Part shown: positions 18,341 to 27,872 of the stretch, piece after piece
Position numbering within the stretch: the stretch's first letter is position 1
Layout of the letters: each line of letters starts with the position of its first letter
Notes under the pieces: generated by a model
Told to the model about the DNA's origin: nothing
Seen by the model: only the letters and a program-made list of their open reading frames with translations
The model's database searches: none
Program-made: the position numbers and the translations under genes
Source of the DNA: an uncultured Chthoniobacterales bacterium
Lineage (GTDB): Bacteria > Verrucomicrobiota > Verrucomicrobiia > Chthoniobacterales > CALDSX01
Reading direction: 5' to 3'
DNA: 64,000 bases
Assembly (NCBI GenBank): GCA_937924445.1
Contig: CALDSX010000001.1
Coordinates: forward strand, 33,802 to 97,801

Positions 18341-19336
18341 ATGGCAAAAAGAAAAAAACACAAAAGAAAACAAAAAATGTTTATCGAGCAGACAACGTCC
18401 CTGCAAGGTTCCGTGGGCAACGCCTACCACAAACCCGTTCTTGCGGCAGAGGTTTCAGGAATTCTCGCTCCAAGAGCCGGAAAACTGATCGTGGACTGCA
18501 CGTTCGGCGGAGGTGGTCACACCCGAAGGTTTTTAGAGGAAGGGGCCACCGTGGTAGCCTTCGACCAAGATCCCGACGCGATCTCCCATGCCCACCCACT
18601 CATTACAGAATGGGCTGGCCGTCTCAAGGTCGTCCATGCAAATTTTCGTGACGCAGCCAGATACCTTTTCGAGTTGGGAATTTCCGCCGTAGACGGCGCT
18701 CTGCTCGATCTTGGTGTCTCTAGCCATCAGTTAAACGATGCCGCGCGCGGATTTAGCTTTCAGAAAGATGGCCCGCTCGACATGCGAATGTCGCGAACAG
18801 GCCTCTCCGCTGCAGACATCGTGAACACATGGGATGAATGCGCGTTGGCCAGGATGCTACGCGAGTTTGGCGATGAACCAGCCGCTCGCCGAATCGCTCG
18901 TCGCATCGCAAAACGTCGGGTCGAAAAACCTATTCAAACAACCGGTGAATTGGCCGCACTTATTGCTTCAGCCGCCGGACGAACGGGGCCTCGTCACCCG
19001 GCCACCCGCTCTTTCCAGGCATTGCGCATGGCCGTCAACGATGAGATGGGAGCCCTGCGCGAAGGACTTCGTGCACTGGCAAAGTTACTCAAACCAGGGG
19101 GACGCCTCGCAGTAATCACCTTTCATTCTATCGAAGATCGAGAGGTGAAAGAATTTTTCCGGGTGCATAGTGCAGAGTTCATAGATGACATCTCATGGCC
19201 TGCGCCGAAGCCGAACCCGGAGAGGTGGTTTACTCCGTTGACCCGGAAATCGCTGACTCCAGTTCCGGCGGAGCTTGTACTTAATCCCCGAGCCCGCAGC
19301 GCTAAGCTGCGGGCTGTCGAAAGGAGGGTATCGTGA
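18341..19336 (+). CDS. rsmH: 16S rRNA (cytosine1402-N4)-methyltransferase RsmH
   Basis: HKPVLAAEV...LIVDCTFGGGGHTR and DLGVSSHQLN motifs. The track ORF (18239) overlaps mraZ. The first ATG after the mraZ stop is 18341; 18378 is an alternative. Confidence 0.9.
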   Translation: MAKRKKHKRKQKMFIEQTTSLQGSVGNAYHKPVLAAEVSGILAPRAGKLIVDCTFGGGGHTRRFLEEGATVVAFDQDPDAISHAHPLITEWAGRLKVVHANFRDAARYLFELGISAVDGALLDLGVSSHQLNDAARGFSFQKDGPLDMRMSRTGLSAADIVNTWDECALARMLREFGDEPAARRIARRIAKRRVEKPIQTTGELAALIASAAGRTGPRHPATRSFQALRMAVNDEMGALREGLRALAKLLKPGGRLAVITFHSIEDREVKEFFRVHSAEFIDDISWPAPKPNPERWFTPLTRKSLTPVPAELVLNPRARSAKLRAVERRVS

Positions 19337-19698
19337 AAAATTGCCGTCGCTCCGGGGGTCAACTGCAAGGCGGGCCGATCGTCACAATAGTCCTCTGCGC
19401 TGTGGTGATTGTCTCTGTGGCTCTTTATTTCGTCCATATTCATATTCAAATGCTCGAACTTGGAAATGTTAAAAAGCGTTTGGAGATCGAGTTGGCTGGA
19501 ATTACCAAGGCGCTCCAAGCGGCAGAGTCGCGCTATGCGGAGCTGACTTCGAGGCCTGTACTAGAGAGACGACTCGCCGAAATTGGTTCGGACTTGATTC
19601 CAATTCCGGAAGAACGTTTGGTTTCATTAGATCCCACCCGATTCCCCGGGGAGGAGGGAGTTCGGACAGTCAGCAACAGGGGGTTTGCCGCCAAATGA
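19333..19698 (+). CDS. ftsL: FtsL-like small bitopic cell-division protein
   Basis: 121 aa with a single TM segment (IVTIVLCAVVIVSVALYFV) followed by a coiled-coil. It occupies the position between rsmH and ftsI. The GTG start overlaps the rsmH stop. Confidence 0.65.
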   Translation: MKNCRRSGGQLQGGPIVTIVLCAVVIVSVALYFVHIHIQMLELGNVKKRLEIELAGITKALQAAESRYAELTSRPVLERRLAEIGSDLIPIPEERLVSLDPTRFPGEEGVRTVSNRGFAAK

Positions 19699-21440
19699 AA
19701 CTGGAGCCGGGTTCGCGCGCCGTTCTTGCCTGTGTGATGACAGGCTTTGCGCTGACCGGCGTCTCTGCCCGATTGGTTCAGTTGCAATGGATGGACCATG
19801 AAAAATACGCTGAGGCAGCCTCGAGAAAGCATCTTCTCACCGTGGAAATACCCTCAAGGCGAGGGCTTATTTACGACCGCAACGGTGAGTTATTGGCCGG
19901 AAATCAGCCTTTGATCCACCTGCTGGCCGACGGCACCCGCGTTCGCGATGCCGAAAAAGCGGCGGCGGTGGTTGCACCCTGGATAAATCTCTCCGAAAAA
20001 GAAATCGCCGCAAAAATTACTGCCGGTATTGCCGCGAAAAATTACAATATAGAAATTGAACGCAACATTACGGAAGAACGCGCTGCGGGGCTCAAGCAAG
20101 CCCTTAAAATCACACCCATTGCCGGGCTCATGTTAAGGGACGACATGCGCAGGATTTATCCCAATGGAACGGCACTTTGCCATGTTATCGGTTTTCTCGG
20201 TTTTGACCGCCGTGGGGTCCACGGAGTTGAGCGTTCCATGGAAGAATGGCTTCGGGGTGTTGACGGCCGCAGGAATATCGAGCGGGACGGTTCTGGAGCT
20301 GAAATTGTTTCGTATCGCGGTGAAGAGATCCCGGCACGAGATGGGGCATCGGTCTATTTAACAATTGACATGGGGCTTCAGACCATCACTGAAAGAATGG
20401 TTGATTCTGTGATGGCTGAGCACAAGCCCAAGTCGATGGTCGTTATTCTCTCCCGTCCAAGCACAGGCGAGATCTTGGCAATGGTCAGCCGCCCGGCATT
20501 TGATCCTCGGACACCTGGCAAACAGGGCGCAGGCCAAACCAATCGAGCCATTGCATCTGTGATCGAACCCGGCTCCACCTTCAAAATCGTCGTCGTTGCC
20601 GCAGCGATGAACGAACGCCTAGCGGACTTGGATACGACTATTTTTTGTGAGAACGGCAAGTTTTACTACGGCGGAAGAGATTTGAACGATCACCGCCCCT
20701 TTGGTGATCTGACGGTTCGCCAAATTCTCGCCCGTTCGAGCAACATTGGCTCCGTAAAACTAGCCCTTCAGCTTGGCGAAAATCGTTACTACAACTATAT
20801 TCGGCGTTTTGGTTTTGGGTTCAAAACCGGTATCGAACTGCCAGGTGAGTTGCCGGGAATCGTTCATAGCCCCGAAAATTGGAATTCCCTGTCGATCGCC
20901 CGCATTCCCATTGGACAGGGTATCGCGGTTACTCCTCTTCAAATGCTGACAGCAATGAATGTCATCGCCAATGGAGGTCGGCTTGTCGAACCGCGCCTGG
21001 TCTCTCGCATTGAAGAAAGTTCCGGTCGGGTCGTGAAAAAATTTGAACCCGCCTTCAGTCGCACCGTTATTTCACTAGCCGCTTCCAAAAAAGTGGCCAC
21101 AGCTCTTGAGGACGTTACCGGCCCCCAGGGGACAGGGCGTCTCGCGGCGGTGCCTCCCTTTCGCGTTGCCGGGAAAACTGGCACCGCCCAGAAGGCGGCG
21201 CCAAACGGGCGTGGCTATCTTGATGGCGGACGCTATGTCCTCTCATTTGTAGGATACCTACCGGCAGAGGACCCTCAAATTTCCATGATTATCGTCGTGG
21301 ACGAACCGCAAGGAAGCAAAGAAGATCGAACAGGGGGACGTCTTGCGGGGCCGATTTTTGCCGCGCTCGCCGCACGTGCTGCGAGCTACCTCAACCTTCA
21401 GCCATCACCCGCTGGGCCAATCGCTACAGCGCAACCCTAA
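19695..21440 (+). CDS. ftsI: peptidoglycan D,D-transpeptidase FtsI (class B PBP)
   Basis: PBP dimerisation domain plus transpeptidase motifs STFK (EPGSTFKIV), SSN (ARSSNIG) and KTGT (AGKTGTAQ). Confidence 0.9.
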   Translation: MKLEPGSRAVLACVMTGFALTGVSARLVQLQWMDHEKYAEAASRKHLLTVEIPSRRGLIYDRNGELLAGNQPLIHLLADGTRVRDAEKAAAVVAPWINLSEKEIAAKITAGIAAKNYNIEIERNITEERAAGLKQALKITPIAGLMLRDDMRRIYPNGTALCHVIGFLGFDRRGVHGVERSMEEWLRGVDGRRNIERDGSGAEIVSYRGEEIPARDGASVYLTIDMGLQTITERMVDSVMAEHKPKSMVVILSRPSTGEILAMVSRPAFDPRTPGKQGAGQTNRAIASVIEPGSTFKIVVVAAAMNERLADLDTTIFCENGKFYYGGRDLNDHRPFGDLTVRQILARSSNIGSVKLALQLGENRYYNYIRRFGFGFKTGIELPGELPGIVHSPENWNSLSIARIPIGQGIAVTPLQMLTAMNVIANGGRLVEPRLVSRIEESSGRVVKKFEPAFSRTVISLAASKKVATALEDVTGPQGTGRLAAVPPFRVAGKTGTAQKAAPNGRGYLDGGRYVLSFVGYLPAEDPQISMIIVVDEPQGSKEDRTGGRLAGPIFAALAARAASYLNLQPSPAGPIATAQP

Positions 21441-21447
21441 ATTGATA

Positions 21448-22974
21448 ATGCAGCTCAAGACTTTGCTCGACAAACTCAACTTAGAAGTATCGGGCAGCCC
21501 GGCGGTTGAAATCTCCGCGCTCGCTTATGATTCTCGACGCGTCACTGCTGGGACGCTCTTTTTTGCCCTGCCAGGTCGGATTTCCCAGGGGCGCGACTTT
21601 ATCCCACAAGCCCTTGCTCGCGGGGCGGTGGCCATCCTTACTGATTCTATTGTGCCCGACCTCCCTGTCCCCTGCATTTCCGCACCTGATCCGAGAGCGG
21701 CGATGGCAGAGATTGCAAGGCGCTTTCATGGCGATCCCTCCGAAAGTCTACGAGTCGTCGGTGTTACAGGGACTAATGGGAAAACGACCACAACATTCCT
21801 TGTTAAGCATCTGCTTGACGACGCCCATCACCGTTGCGGCCTGATCGGGACAGTCCGCTACGACATCGGTGGCCGTTTTTTGCCAGCCACGCGCACAACG
21901 CCTGAATCAACCGATATGCAGGAACTCCTGGCTAAAATGCGTGCAAATGGCTGCCGCGCAGCAGCTGTGGAGATCTCTTCGATCGCCCTTGACGAACGTC
22001 GCGCCGACGGAATTCATTTGGATGTCGGCATCTTCACCAACCTGACGCAAGATCATCTCGATTATCACGGCACGATGGAGGCCTACTTCAGAGCCAAGGC
22101 GCGTCTCTTTGAATTGATGGTCGCCGACAAACGTGGCACGGCCGTTATTAACATCGACGACCCCGCCGGTGTCCGACTTGTGGACAAGTTTTCAGGCAAG
22201 TTGCCGCTGAAAACATTTGGGTTTTCTCTTCGCGCCGATCTGCGGGCGTCGGATCCCCGGATTGATTTTGGTGGAACGAGCTATCGGCTGGATGCCGAGG
22301 GCAAAAGTTTCCTCGTCCGTATGCCTTTGATTGGACGCTTCAACGTCCTCAACTCCCTTGCTGCCCTCTCAGCGGTCTCCGCACTGGAACTCAATCTACG
22401 TGAGGCGGTCAAATCTCTGGAAGAGTGCCCTGCTGCGCCAGGGCGGCTAGAGAATGTTCCCGCAAAAAAACTTTTCCGGGTGTTTGTGGATTACGCGCAC
22501 ACCCCGGACGCTCTTCTGAATGCTCTCGACACTCTCCGGGAGTTGTCTCCTAACCGTCTCATTTGTGTTTTTGGCTGTGGCGGCGACCGAGACCGCGCCA
22601 AGCGCCCGTTGATGGGGCGCGTGGCAGCAGAGCGGGCAGATTTCTCCATTCTCACGTCGGACAATCCCCGTTCTGAAGACCCCATAACCATTCTCAATGA
22701 AATCGCCATAGCGATCCCGCAGGCGTCGCGAGAAATCATCCCGGATCGTCGCGAAGCCATTTTTCGTGCTGTCGAACTCGCCCGGCCACGCGACATCGTT
22801 TTAATTGCCGGCAAGGGGCACGAGAGCTATCAGGAATTTGCTGAGCACACCCTGCCTTTTGACGATCTTCAAGTCGCGCGCTGGGCCATCGAGGCTCGCT
22901 CCGCCGCCAAGGCCGCTGAGGAATCTGCCGAAGCCCATCAATCCCGTCTTTCAAGATCCGGTGGTTCCCGTTAG
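21448..22974 (+). CDS. murE: UDP-N-acetylmuramoyl-L-alanyl-D-glutamate--2,6-diaminopimelate ligase
   Basis: VVGVTGTNGKTTTTFL P-loop and Mur ligase middle and C-terminal domains. The start is taken at MQLKTLLDKL, just after the ftsI stop. Confidence 0.9.
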   Translation: MQLKTLLDKLNLEVSGSPAVEISALAYDSRRVTAGTLFFALPGRISQGRDFIPQALARGAVAILTDSIVPDLPVPCISAPDPRAAMAEIARRFHGDPSESLRVVGVTGTNGKTTTTFLVKHLLDDAHHRCGLIGTVRYDIGGRFLPATRTTPESTDMQELLAKMRANGCRAAAVEISSIALDERRADGIHLDVGIFTNLTQDHLDYHGTMEAYFRAKARLFELMVADKRGTAVINIDDPAGVRLVDKFSGKLPLKTFGFSLRADLRASDPRIDFGGTSYRLDAEGKSFLVRMPLIGRFNVLNSLAALSAVSALELNLREAVKSLEECPAAPGRLENVPAKKLFRVFVDYAHTPDALLNALDTLRELSPNRLICVFGCGGDRDRAKRPLMGRVAAERADFSILTSDNPRSEDPITILNEIAIAIPQASREIIPDRREAIFRAVELARPRDIVLIAGKGHESYQEFAEHTLPFDDLQVARWAIEARSAAKAAEESAEAHQSRLSRSGGSR

Positions 22975-23001
22975 ATTCGCCCTGCTATCACTAGGCAGAT
23001 T

Positions 23002-24387
23002 ATGAAAACAATTCTCACACTTCAAGAGATTCTCGACGCGGTCGGCGGTGACATCGTTCAGGGCGACCCCAGCTCACTCGGCGTTAACTTCCAAGGTATC
23101 AATACCGACTCTCGCAAAATTAGGCCCGGAGAAATGTTTATCCCTATTCGCGGCGGCTACTTCGACGGGCATTGGTTTGTGGATGAAGTCTTCAAAGCGG
23201 GAGCCCTTGGAGCATTCCTTGAACCAACTGTTATCGTCTTCGAGATGCCTGCGATTTCTAAAGAGTTTCTCATCGTCCGCGTGCCGTCAACACTTCGAGC
23301 ACTGCATGCGATCGCAGCGGCACACCGTGCCCGACTGCCGATGAAAACTATTGGCGTCACCGGTAGCAACGGCAAAACATCTACTAAAGAATTTGCTGCC
23401 GCGGCTCTGGGACAACGGTTTAAAGTCGTTAAAAACTCGGGTAATCTAAACAATCACATTGGCGTTCCGCTCTCTCTGTTCGAAGCGCAGCCGGAGCATG
23501 AGTTTGGTGTCTTCGAAGCTGGAATGAATCACCGTGGCGAGATAGCCCCTCTCGCAGCAATGATGAGTCCCGACATCGCAATAATCACCAACATCGGCGT
23601 TGCCCACATCGAAAACCTTGGGTCACGAGACGAAATCTTTGAGGAAAAAGCAGATCTTGTCCGGGCATTGAAACAGGATGGCACACTCATCTATGATGTC
23701 GAAGACGATTTTGCGGCGCGGATGGCTGAGCTTCCTGCGGCGAAGAAAATCACTATTGGGTTCCATGCGGGTGATGTTCGTGCATCAAACCCTCAGCCAT
23801 CGATTTCAGGTGTCCGTTTCGAGCTCATTCTCCCGTCTGGCACTGCGCAGGTCTATATGACCTGCCCGGGCATTCATATGGTGCGCAATGCGCTTCTAGG
23901 GGCCGCAGCTGCTTATACCGCTGGGCTTGATGCCGCAACAATTGCCTCAGGCCTTTCCTCGGTAAGCCTCCCATCGCATCGGCTCGAAATTTTGCAGGTC
24001 AGAGGCGCAACCATTATTGACGACACCTACAATGCCAACCCCGACTCGGCCAAAGCAGCGATTGAAACTCTGAAGCACCTCGCAGGCACAGCACGCAAGA
24101 TTATCGTTTTTGGCGACATGGGCGAGCTCGGGCATTTTGCCGAAGAGGGTCATCGCTCTGTGGGTGCCGCAGCAGCTGAAATTGATATTCTTCTAACGGT
24201 TGGGGAACTCTCCGCATGGGCAGCCGATGAGGCGTCTAAAAACAACGTCGGCTTCATCCAACACGTAGCCTTGCCTGAGGAAGCCGCCCATATCCTCGCA
24301 CCTATGCTCCAGCCCGGTGATTTCATTCTTGTCAAGGGAAGTCGCGCCGCTCAAATGGAGCGATTTATTGAGGCGCTCTCGAATTAG
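23002..24387 (+). CDS. murF: UDP-N-acetylmuramoyl-tripeptide--D-alanyl-D-alanine ligase
   Basis: IGVTGSNGKTSTKEF P-loop, Mur ligase architecture and dcw position. Confidence 0.9.
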   Translation: MKTILTLQEILDAVGGDIVQGDPSSLGVNFQGINTDSRKIRPGEMFIPIRGGYFDGHWFVDEVFKAGALGAFLEPTVIVFEMPAISKEFLIVRVPSTLRALHAIAAAHRARLPMKTIGVTGSNGKTSTKEFAAAALGQRFKVVKNSGNLNNHIGVPLSLFEAQPEHEFGVFEAGMNHRGEIAPLAAMMSPDIAIITNIGVAHIENLGSRDEIFEEKADLVRALKQDGTLIYDVEDDFAARMAELPAAKKITIGFHAGDVRASNPQPSISGVRFELILPSGTAQVYMTCPGIHMVRNALLGAAAAYTAGLDAATIASGLSSVSLPSHRLEILQVRGATIIDDTYNANPDSAKAAIETLKHLAGTARKIIVFGDMGELGHFAEEGHRSVGAAAAEIDILLTVGELSAWAADEASKNNVGFIQHVALPEEAAHILAPMLQPGDFILVKGSRAAQMERFIEALSN

Positions 24388-24391
24388 TCAA

Positions 24392-25492
24392 ATGCTTTAC
24401 TATCTCCATCAACTCACCTCCTATTTCGAACCGTTAAACGTTTTTCGTTACGTCAGTTTCCGTGGGGTCTCCGCCGCGCTCACGGCTTTTCTGCTGTGTC
24501 TCATGTTTGGGGGCTTTGTGATTCGCCGACTGATCTCCCTCAAACTCGGCCAGCCCATCCGCAGCAAAGAGGAAGTTCACCGCCTGAGCGAACTGCATGG
24601 CGGCAAAAAGAATACCCCCACCATGGGCGGCATTCTGATCATCGGAGCGGTAGTCCTCTCGACGCTTCTCTGGGCGCGACTTGATAATTTGCACATTGGC
24701 CTGGCCCTTTTTGCGTTGGTTAGCCTTGGCGGAGTGGGTTTTGTGGACGACTATCTAAAAGTTGCCAAAAGGAAATCCGATGGACTGAGCGGACGCCTTA
24801 AGCTTGTCGCACAATTTTTCATTGCCGGCCTGGTCGGTGTCGTTCTATTGATTCATCCCGAGACCCGTGAGAGCGCCCAAGAGCTATATGTGCCTTTTCT
24901 CAAAACACCGCTTCTCGTTAACATGGGGCTGTTTGCTTTGGTTTTTTACGCTGTTGTGATTGTGGGTAGCTCGAATGCGGTTAACCTCACCGACGGCCTT
25001 GACGGTCTTGCTGCGGGATGCACAGTCACCGCAGCGGGGGCGTATGCGGTTTTCACCTATCTTTCCGGCGATCTGCGGGCGGCAACATATCTCATGTTAC
25101 CTCATCACGCGCTGAATGGCGAATTAGCCATCCTTTGCTGCGCTCTGGGGGGGGCGGCCTTAGGATTCCTCTGGTTCAATTGTCACCCGGCTCGGGTGTT
25201 TATGGGCGACACCGGTTCTTTGGCCATTGGCGGCACCCTCGGCCTCGTCGCGATCCTCTGTAAACAGGAAATTATTCTTCTGATCGTGGGTGGCATTTTC
25301 GTCATCGAGGCCCTCTCGGTCATCCTGCAGGTGGCTAGCTTTAAGCTCCGTCGCAAACGAATTCTCCTCATGTCACCCATTCATCACCACTTCGAGCTGC
25401 TTGGGTGGAAAGAGAACACCGTCATCGTCCGATTTTGGATTCTCTCGGCAATCCTTGCCCTGATGGGCCTTGCAACACTTAAACTGCGATGA
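24392..25492 (+). CDS. mraY: phospho-N-acetylmuramoyl-pentapeptide transferase
   Basis: MLYYLHQLTSYFEPLNVFRYVSFR N-terminus, NAVNLTDGLDGLA and MGDTGSLAIGG motifs. The start is taken after the murF stop. Confidence 0.95.
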   Translation: MLYYLHQLTSYFEPLNVFRYVSFRGVSAALTAFLLCLMFGGFVIRRLISLKLGQPIRSKEEVHRLSELHGGKKNTPTMGGILIIGAVVLSTLLWARLDNLHIGLALFALVSLGGVGFVDDYLKVAKRKSDGLSGRLKLVAQFFIAGLVGVVLLIHPETRESAQELYVPFLKTPLLVNMGLFALVFYAVVIVGSSNAVNLTDGLDGLAAGCTVTAAGAYAVFTYLSGDLRAATYLMLPHHALNGELAILCCALGGAALGFLWFNCHPARVFMGDTGSLAIGGTLGLVAILCKQEIILLIVGGIFVIEALSVILQVASFKLRRKRILLMSPIHHHFELLGWKENTVIVRFWILSAILALMGLATLKLR

Positions 25493-26847
25493 CCAATCGG
25501 CAATCACAACATATTGCAGTCATTGGCGCCGGTGCGAGTGGCGAGGCGGCCGCAAGTCTTCTTTTGTATCAGGGCGCCCGCGTGACCTTGCTAGACTCCG
25601 ACCCTTCCGCCGGGCGGCAAGCCGCGGAGCGTATTGGCTCACCTGAACTCGTTGTGGTGTCCGGTGTCCAGTGTGACGAAGTTGTCAGGGCTTTTGGTCC
25701 TTTTGATCTGGCCGTTCTCAGCCCAGGTATTGATCCTGCTGTTCCGATGGTAAGTTCCTTCCGTGAGGCGGGGGTTCCTTTGATTGCAGAAATTGAACTG
25801 GCCTTCCGTGAAAACCGCGCCCCAGTCGTGGCCATCACGGGAACGAACGGCAAGACCACAACCACGGCTCTTGCGGGAGAAATTTTTGCGGCCGGAGGAA
25901 AGATCGCTCCTCCTTGTGGGAATATCGGACGTCCCTTTTCGGATGTTGTCCTTTCGTCCGCCTTCGGCCAAGTGAAGTCAGACATCGCGTTACTCGAAGT
26001 CAGTTCATTCCAATTAGAAGCCATTGAGACCTTCCACCCGAAGGTCGCCGCATGGCTTAACTTCAGCCCTGATCATCTGGACCGGTATCCCGATCTTGAA
26101 AGCTATCGTTGCGCCAAGCTTTGTATCTTTAAAAACCAAACATCTGACGATATCGCTATTGTCAATCTTCGGGATTATCCACTTCCAACCGCCGCCCAAC
26201 AGATCACCTTCAGCGCATTCGATACCGGGGGTGATTTCTCGCGTTTTGGAACAGAAATCCTTTACCACGGTGAACCCGTGGCCGATCTTGCAGACACAGC
26301 ACTCGTCGGGGCGCACAATGCTGAAAACGCTATGGCCGCACTGGCAATCGGCCTGGCGTTCGGGATCAGTTTCGATGCGATGCGTCCAGCTCTCCGCTCC
26401 TTCCGCCTCGCGCCTCACCGGCTCGAAATCGTCGGCTCCCTCCTCCGTGAAGGCGGAGAAATCCGTTTTATCAACGATTCAAAATCCACCAACGTCGATT
26501 CACTTGAGAAGGCACTCGGCGCGTTGCACCGGCCTGCTATCCTTATCGCCGGCGGTAAAGATAAAGGGTTCGACTATTCCACTCTGGCCGAATTCGTTGC
26601 CGCAAAGGCGCGTTTGGTAATCCTCATCGGAGAAATCCGTTACCGGCTCGCAGCGCTTTGGTCCAAATCCGAATGCCGCCTGGCGAACTCTCTTGAAGAG
26701 GCGGTCGTTCTGGCCGCCACCATCGCCATGCCGGGCGAGGACATCCTCTTTTCACCCGGCACTTCCTCTTTCGACATGTTCAAAAATTATGCCGAGCGCG
26801 GCGAAAGGTTCCGTGCTGCTGTCCGGGCGTTGCCCGGAGTGCATTGA
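25489..26847 (+). CDS. murD: UDP-N-acetylmuramoylalanine--D-glutamate ligase
   Basis: IAVIGAGASGEAAA Rossmann-like N-terminus and VAITGTNGKTTTTAL P-loop. ATGA overlap with mraY. Confidence 0.9.
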   Translation: MTNRQSQHIAVIGAGASGEAAASLLLYQGARVTLLDSDPSAGRQAAERIGSPELVVVSGVQCDEVVRAFGPFDLAVLSPGIDPAVPMVSSFREAGVPLIAEIELAFRENRAPVVAITGTNGKTTTTALAGEIFAAGGKIAPPCGNIGRPFSDVVLSSAFGQVKSDIALLEVSSFQLEAIETFHPKVAAWLNFSPDHLDRYPDLESYRCAKLCIFKNQTSDDIAIVNLRDYPLPTAAQQITFSAFDTGGDFSRFGTEILYHGEPVADLADTALVGAHNAENAMAALAIGLAFGISFDAMRPALRSFRLAPHRLEIVGSLLREGGEIRFINDSKSTNVDSLEKALGALHRPAILIAGGKDKGFDYSTLAEFVAAKARLVILIGEIRYRLAALWSKSECRLANSLEEAVVLAATIAMPGEDILFSPGTSSFDMFKNYAERGERFRAAVRALPGVH

Positions 26848-26887
26848 AAAACCCTTTGAGTCCTCACTTAACAAGAAACAAATAAAA

Positions 26888-27826
26888 ATGAAAACCACAC
26901 GCTCAGCTACTAAAATCCGCCGCTCACCAGCCCGTCAGGTCCTCGGGGCCGAAAGGCGTCTCCGTGCGCATACCGCCACAGTCACCGATGAACTCGGCTA
27001 CGAACCCGAACCACATATGAAGCTTTCCCGCGCACTTTTCATCGTTGTGCTCATGCACGTCGTCGTTATCGCGGGGCTTTTTGGTTTCCAATCACTACGT
27101 GAACGCGCGGGCACGACGCGACCCGATCTTGCTGCGGAAAATTATCCCCGCACAACCACCGCCTCAGGCGTGGACGATGTCTCAACGGCCCGCATCCATT
27201 ATGTGCGCGCCAACGAAACTCTTACCTCAATCGCCGCCTACTATAATGTCCCGCTAAAAGATCTCGCCACGGCTAACAGCATCGTGGACGCAAGCCAAAT
27301 CATGATCGGACAGGAACTCAAAATTCCTCTTCGCTCGGCCCAGGCACCCAAACCTTTGGATATAGACAATATCACCGCCATGACCCGCACAGCCACGGCA
27401 CCCGTCACCCGACCTGCATCTCAGGAAATCCGCTCTCGCCCCAAGCCCACACCAGCCACTTCAAAGCCAAATCCAACAGTTTCGTCTGATACTGACAACG
27501 CTCTCCGCCAGCAGTTCCTCGAGACAAAACAGGGAAAAACTTCAAGTGACACCGCCACGCTCAAGGAACAATTTCTCGAGGCAAAATCACAGACCGTTCC
27601 GGTTGCCGAACTGGCCACTCCCGCCACCAAATCTCCTGCAGATAAACCCAAAGCTGTTTCCAACACGGCTGTCGCCCAACGGCAATATGTTGTTGAGAAA
27701 GGCGATAACCCCGTCGCTATTGCTAAACGTTTTAACGTCAACTACACTAACCTTCTCAAGGCCAACAACATCAGCGATCCGAGAAAACTTCAGGTCGGCC
27801 AAAAACTTATCATCCCGCGCGACTGA
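26888..27826 (+). CDS. bitopic membrane protein with two LysM peptidoglycan-binding domains
   Basis: Basic N-terminus and one TM segment (ALFIVVLMHVVVIAGLFGF). LysM 1 is IHYVRANETLTSIAAYYNVPLKDLATANSI...GQELKIP. A linker of roughly 130 aa (my estimate) rich in Pro/Thr/Ser/Lys follows. LysM 2 is YVVEKGDNPVAIAKRFNVNYTNLLKANNISDPRKLQVGQKLIIP. The start is taken at the ATG at 26888, after the murD stop. Confidence 0.8.
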   Translation: MKTTRSATKIRRSPARQVLGAERRLRAHTATVTDELGYEPEPHMKLSRALFIVVLMHVVVIAGLFGFQSLRERAGTTRPDLAAENYPRTTTASGVDDVSTARIHYVRANETLTSIAAYYNVPLKDLATANSIVDASQIMIGQELKIPLRSAQAPKPLDIDNITAMTRTATAPVTRPASQEIRSRPKPTPATSKPNPTVSSDTDNALRQQFLETKQGKTSSDTATLKEQFLEAKSQTVPVAELATPATKSPADKPKAVSNTAVAQRQYVVEKGDNPVAIAKRFNVNYTNLLKANNISDPRKLQVGQKLIIPRD

Positions 27827-27872
27827 CCTTCGGCCGCCCGCCCCGCTGGCGCTGTTGTAGAGCCAATTTCCA

